From Dehalococcoidia bacterium (GTDB taxonomy: Bacteria; Chloroflexota; Dehalococcoidia; Lucifugimonadales; VXLM01), in assembly GCA_963662435.1 (NCBI GenBank), contig OY759598.1:3132507-3196506 (forward strand): a stretch of 64,000 nucleotides of DNA. Reading direction: 5' to 3'. The first letter of the stretch is position 1, and every line of letters starts with the position of its first letter. A program made the translations under genes and the position numbers. Shown here piece after piece: positions 61,295-64,000 of the stretch. A model generated the notes under the pieces. The model had not been told where the DNA came from. It saw nothing but the letters and a program-made list of their open reading frames with translations, and searched no databases.

Positions 61295-61753
61295 GCTGGA
61301 CCGCTGGAGCGCAGCACACGGGGGAAGGACACCGCCATGCGGCATCCTTCCCCCGCCGGCCATGTATGCGGCCCTTTTTGCGTTTCAGCAAATCTAGCCC
61401 GTATCCGGGCTGTGCATAGGGCACTCACTTGAGATGGGTGCGCCACGGGAGTTAGTCAGTAGGTCAGCCTAACAGCCACCAACGAGGCCGCGTCTATCGG
61501 CTTCCTCGTCACAAAGACCCTCGGTGTGCCGAACCCTTCTCGAAAGTAAACCAGACGTAGTTGACTATCTACCCTGACTTGGAGCCCAGCCCATGTGAAG
61601 GTCTCTTCCCTGCGCGTCATTTCCCAATGTTGGAACCGCACAGTACATCCCTGCTGTTCCACGGATAGGGCCGCAACCGCCGTCATGATCACCCAGGGTA
61701 CAAGCCGTTGCCCTGGGACGTCCCTCCTTCGCCGGGACGCATGTCAAAGTAAA

Positions 61754-61783
61754 GGGGCCGGCAGCATCGATGCTGCCGGCCCC
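61754..61783 (-). terminator. Intrinsic terminator-like perfect 30-bp palindrome
   Basis: GGGGCCGGCAGCATCGATGCTGCCGGCCCC is followed on the minus strand by TTTACTTT, 33 nt after the stop of the surface protein gene. Confidence 0.65.
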
Positions 61784-61816
61784 CGCTCGGCGCCTGGGTA
61801 GTACGGTTCAGCCGGA

Positions 61817-64000
61817 CTAGTCGTTGTCCACGATGGTCCCGGTGGCCGTGCCGTCGGCGATGACGGCTCCCTCCGCCTCCGTCAGGACCAACTCCAGGGT
61901 CTCATCGTTCTCCCGTCGGCTATCGTCGTAGACGTTCACGCCGGCATAGGCCCACGTCCAACCCGGCCAGAAGACCACCTTGAGGTTGCCGATCGCGTAG
62001 TCCACCCCATTCGTGGCGGTTCCCGCGCGGATGTCATACCAGACCGTTACGATCTGATCCGACGCTTCGCTCAGCGTGACGATGAACTCCAGATATGAGT
62101 TCCCCTCGCTGTCCGAAGCGTCCTCCACCGATACCTCCGGCAGCTGTTGCGTCGGCGCATCGTCGTTGTCCGCGACCGCGACCGTGCCCGCGCCCTGCGA
62201 GCTCGAGACGGTGTAGCCGTCGCCGGTATTAACCGTGGCCGTGACCGAGCCGTCGGACTCGTCCGCCGAGTCGTCGCCAGTGGCGATGTTCAGCGTGACG
62301 CTGCCGGTGGTCGGGATCGTCACCGTGCGCTGGCCCGTGCTCGCGCCGAAGTCGCCGCTCTGGCTGACCGTCACGCTGACGTCCAGGTCGGACGCCGGGG
62401 CCGGGTTGGCCGTGATGGTGAAGCGGGCGTCGCCGCCCTCGGCGACGCCCGCGCCGGCGCTGATGCTCACCACAGGCGTAGGCAGGTCGTTGTCCGCGAC
62501 CGCGACCGTGCCCGCGCCCTGCGAGCTCGAGACGGTGTAGCCGTCGCCGGTATTAACCGTGGCCGTGACCGAGCCGTCGGACTCGTCCGCCGAGTCGTCG
62601 CCAGTGGCGATGTTCAGCGTGACGCTGCCGGTGGTCGGGATCGTCACCGTGCGCTGGCCCGTGCTCGCGCCGAAGTCGCCGCTCTGGCTGACCGTCACGC
62701 TGACGTCCAGGTCGGACGCCGGGGCCGGGTTGGCCGTGATGGTGAAGCGGGCGTCGCCGCCCTCGGCGACGCCCGCGCCGGCGCTGATGCTCACCACAGG
62801 CGTAGGCAGGTCGTTGTCCGCGACCGCGACCGTGCCCGCGCCCTGCGAGCTCGAGACGGTGTAGCCGTCGCCGGTATTAACCGTGGCCGTGACCGAGCCG
62901 TCGGACTCGTCCGCCGAGTCGTCGCCAGTGGCGATGTTCAGCGTGACGCTGCCGGTGGTCGGGATCGTCACCGTGCGCTGGCCCGTGTCGGCGCCGAAGT
63001 CGCCGCTCTGGCTGACCGTCACGCTGACATCCAAGTCAGCCGCCGGGGCCGGGTTGGCGGTGACGGTGAAGCGGGCGTCGCCGCCCTCGGTGACGCCCGC
63101 GCCGGCTGCGATGCTCACCACGGGGTCCGGTACGACGACCACCGGCGCGACCGTCACGTCGTCATCCGTCACGTCGGCGGTATCCGAGCCGTGTGAGCCG
63201 ACCGTGTAGCCGCTGCCGCCGTTGAGCGTCAGTGTGACCGAGCCGTCCGCCTCGTCCGCCGAGTCGTCCGTCGTCGTGATGCTCAGGGTGACGGCGCCGC
63301 CCGTCGGAATCGTCACGCTGCTCGGGATCGAGCCGTAGCCGTAGTCGCCCGTGGTGACCACGCTGATGCTCACGTTGAGGTCCGATGCCGGAGGCGGACT
63401 CGCGGAGATCGTGAAGCTGACCGTGGCGCCCTCGGAGCCTCCACTGGAACTCAGGATGTTCACCTCGGGCGTCGGAGTTGGAGTCACCGGCGTGGGTGTC
63501 GAGGCCTCGATCGACCTCAGCTCCGTCGCGACCGGAACCCAGCGTCGCCAGCCCGCGTCGGCGTAGACCTGCGCGGCTGCCGCGGTCATCGGCTCCAGAT
63601 CGGGGTAGCTCTCGACGCCGAAGGCCTCTAACACGCGCTTCCAGCGGTTCACGTGCTTGGCGCCGTTCTGCGTCTCGCCCGCGTAGCTGCGCACGTTCGC
63701 GAGCACCTGCGGGTCGACCTGCGCGTTCGTAGGCGCGGGCGCCGGTTGCGGGTTCGCCGCCTCCAGCGCGACCAGGTAGGCGGCCACGGGCACCCACCTC
63801 GCCCGGCCGATGTCGGCGTGGGCCTCGGCCTCGCCGGCCGTCGTCGGTTCGAGATTCGGGTAGTCCTCGACCCCGAAGGCCTCGAGCACGCGCTTCCAGC
63901 GATTCACGTGGTCGGCCCCGTGCTGCGTCTCGCCCGCGTAGCCGCGGACGTCCGCCACGAGCTGCGGATCCAGCGTCGGCTGCGGCGCGACCGTCGGCGC
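61817..64000 (-). CDS. Large repetitive surface/adhesin-like protein with Calx-beta-like domains (5' truncated)
   Basis: Frame open to the window edge. V.EG...FT...T.DDS.DE.DG.VT repeats and terminal ATGTIVDND. Confidence 0.85.
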   Translation of the reverse strand, partial: APTVAPQPTLDPQLVADVRGYAGETQHGADHVNRWKRVLEAFGVEDYPNLEPTTAGEAEAHADIGRARWVPVAAYLVALEAANPQPAPAPTNAQVDPQVLANVRSYAGETQNGAKHVNRWKRVLEAFGVESYPDLEPMTAAAAQVYADAGWRRWVPVATELRSIEASTPTPVTPTPTPEVNILSSSGGSEGATVSFTISASPPPASDLNVSISVVTTGDYGYGSIPSSVTIPTGGAVTLSITTTDDSADEADGSVTLTLNGGSGYTVGSHGSDTADVTDDDVTVAPVVVVPDPVVSIAAGAGVTEGGDARFTVTANPAPAADLDVSVTVSQSGDFGADTGQRTVTIPTTGSVTLNIATGDDSADESDGSVTATVNTGDGYTVSSSQGAGTVAVADNDLPTPVVSISAGAGVAEGGDARFTITANPAPASDLDVSVTVSQSGDFGASTGQRTVTIPTTGSVTLNIATGDDSADESDGSVTATVNTGDGYTVSSSQGAGTVAVADNDLPTPVVSISAGAGVAEGGDARFTITANPAPASDLDVSVTVSQSGDFGASTGQRTVTIPTTGSVTLNIATGDDSADESDGSVTATVNTGDGYTVSSSQGAGTVAVADNDDAPTQQLPEVSVEDASDSEGNSYLEFIVTLSEASDQIVTVWYDIRAGTATNGVDYAIGNLKVVFWPGWTWAYAGVNVYDDSRRENDETLELVLTEAEGAVIADGTATGTIVDND
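62162..63121. repeat. ~3 tandem copies of a 324-bp unit (108 aa)
   Basis: GTCGTTGTCCGCGACCGCG recurs at 62162, 62486 and 62810. The first two units appear identical. Confidence 0.95.

Larger units (their letters stand above)
21289..61400. mobile_element. Integrative conjugative element inserted at tRNA-Ile (right boundary not seen, may extend beyond window)
   Basis: Recombinase abuts the tRNA. T4SS module, primase, SSB, RadC, methylase-helicase and PRTRC-type genes follow. No second copy of the tRNA 3' end was noticed. Confidence 0.88.

Noticed and set aside
61456..61692. 78-aa minus-strand ORF near the end of the ICE arm
   Set aside because: No recognisable motif or RBS, and it lies downstream of a terminator-like hairpin.
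61295..61816. Possible right attachment site of the ICE
   Set aside because: No copy of the tRNA-Ile 3' end was noticed here, so the boundary remains undetermined.

Overview
The window has two parts. Bases 1-21.2 kb are ordinary chromosome of a high-GC bacterium; gene content suggests Chloroflexota/Dehalococcoidia, which is inference only. This part holds a batABCDE-type operon, a MarR regulator with an ABC exporter, an FAH-family hydrolase, two enolase-superfamily enzymes, a GNAT, a PQQ-type sugar dehydrogenase, recF, ligA, cysteine synthase, hpf, tRNA-Ile(GAT) and REP-like palindrome clusters. From the 3' end of tRNA-Ile onward lies a large integrative conjugative element (ICE) whose far end was not found in the window. 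It encodes a large serine recombinase that reads into the tRNA antisense and a minus-strand conjugation module (Replic_Relax-type relaxase candidate, VirD4, VirB4, two pilins, PrgI-like, TrbL/VirB6). Its plus-strand arm carries a primase, a Rad52-like annealase, a PD-(D/E)XK nuclease, SSB, RadC, a methyltransferase, a helicase and a PRTRC-type ubiquitin-like conjugation cassette (Ubl, E2-like, JAB, ThiF/E1). Three paralogous LtrA-type group IIA introns interrupt three different ICE genes, each with EBS sequences matching its own target. Manual splicing restores a TSCPD-domain gene, the 65-aa ubiquitin-like gene and a third cassette gene that also carries a frameshift. One intron carries an extra ~360-nt insert with an antisense membrane-protein ORF. 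The window ends inside a Calx-beta-like repeat surface protein. All family assignments come from motif recognition, not database searches.
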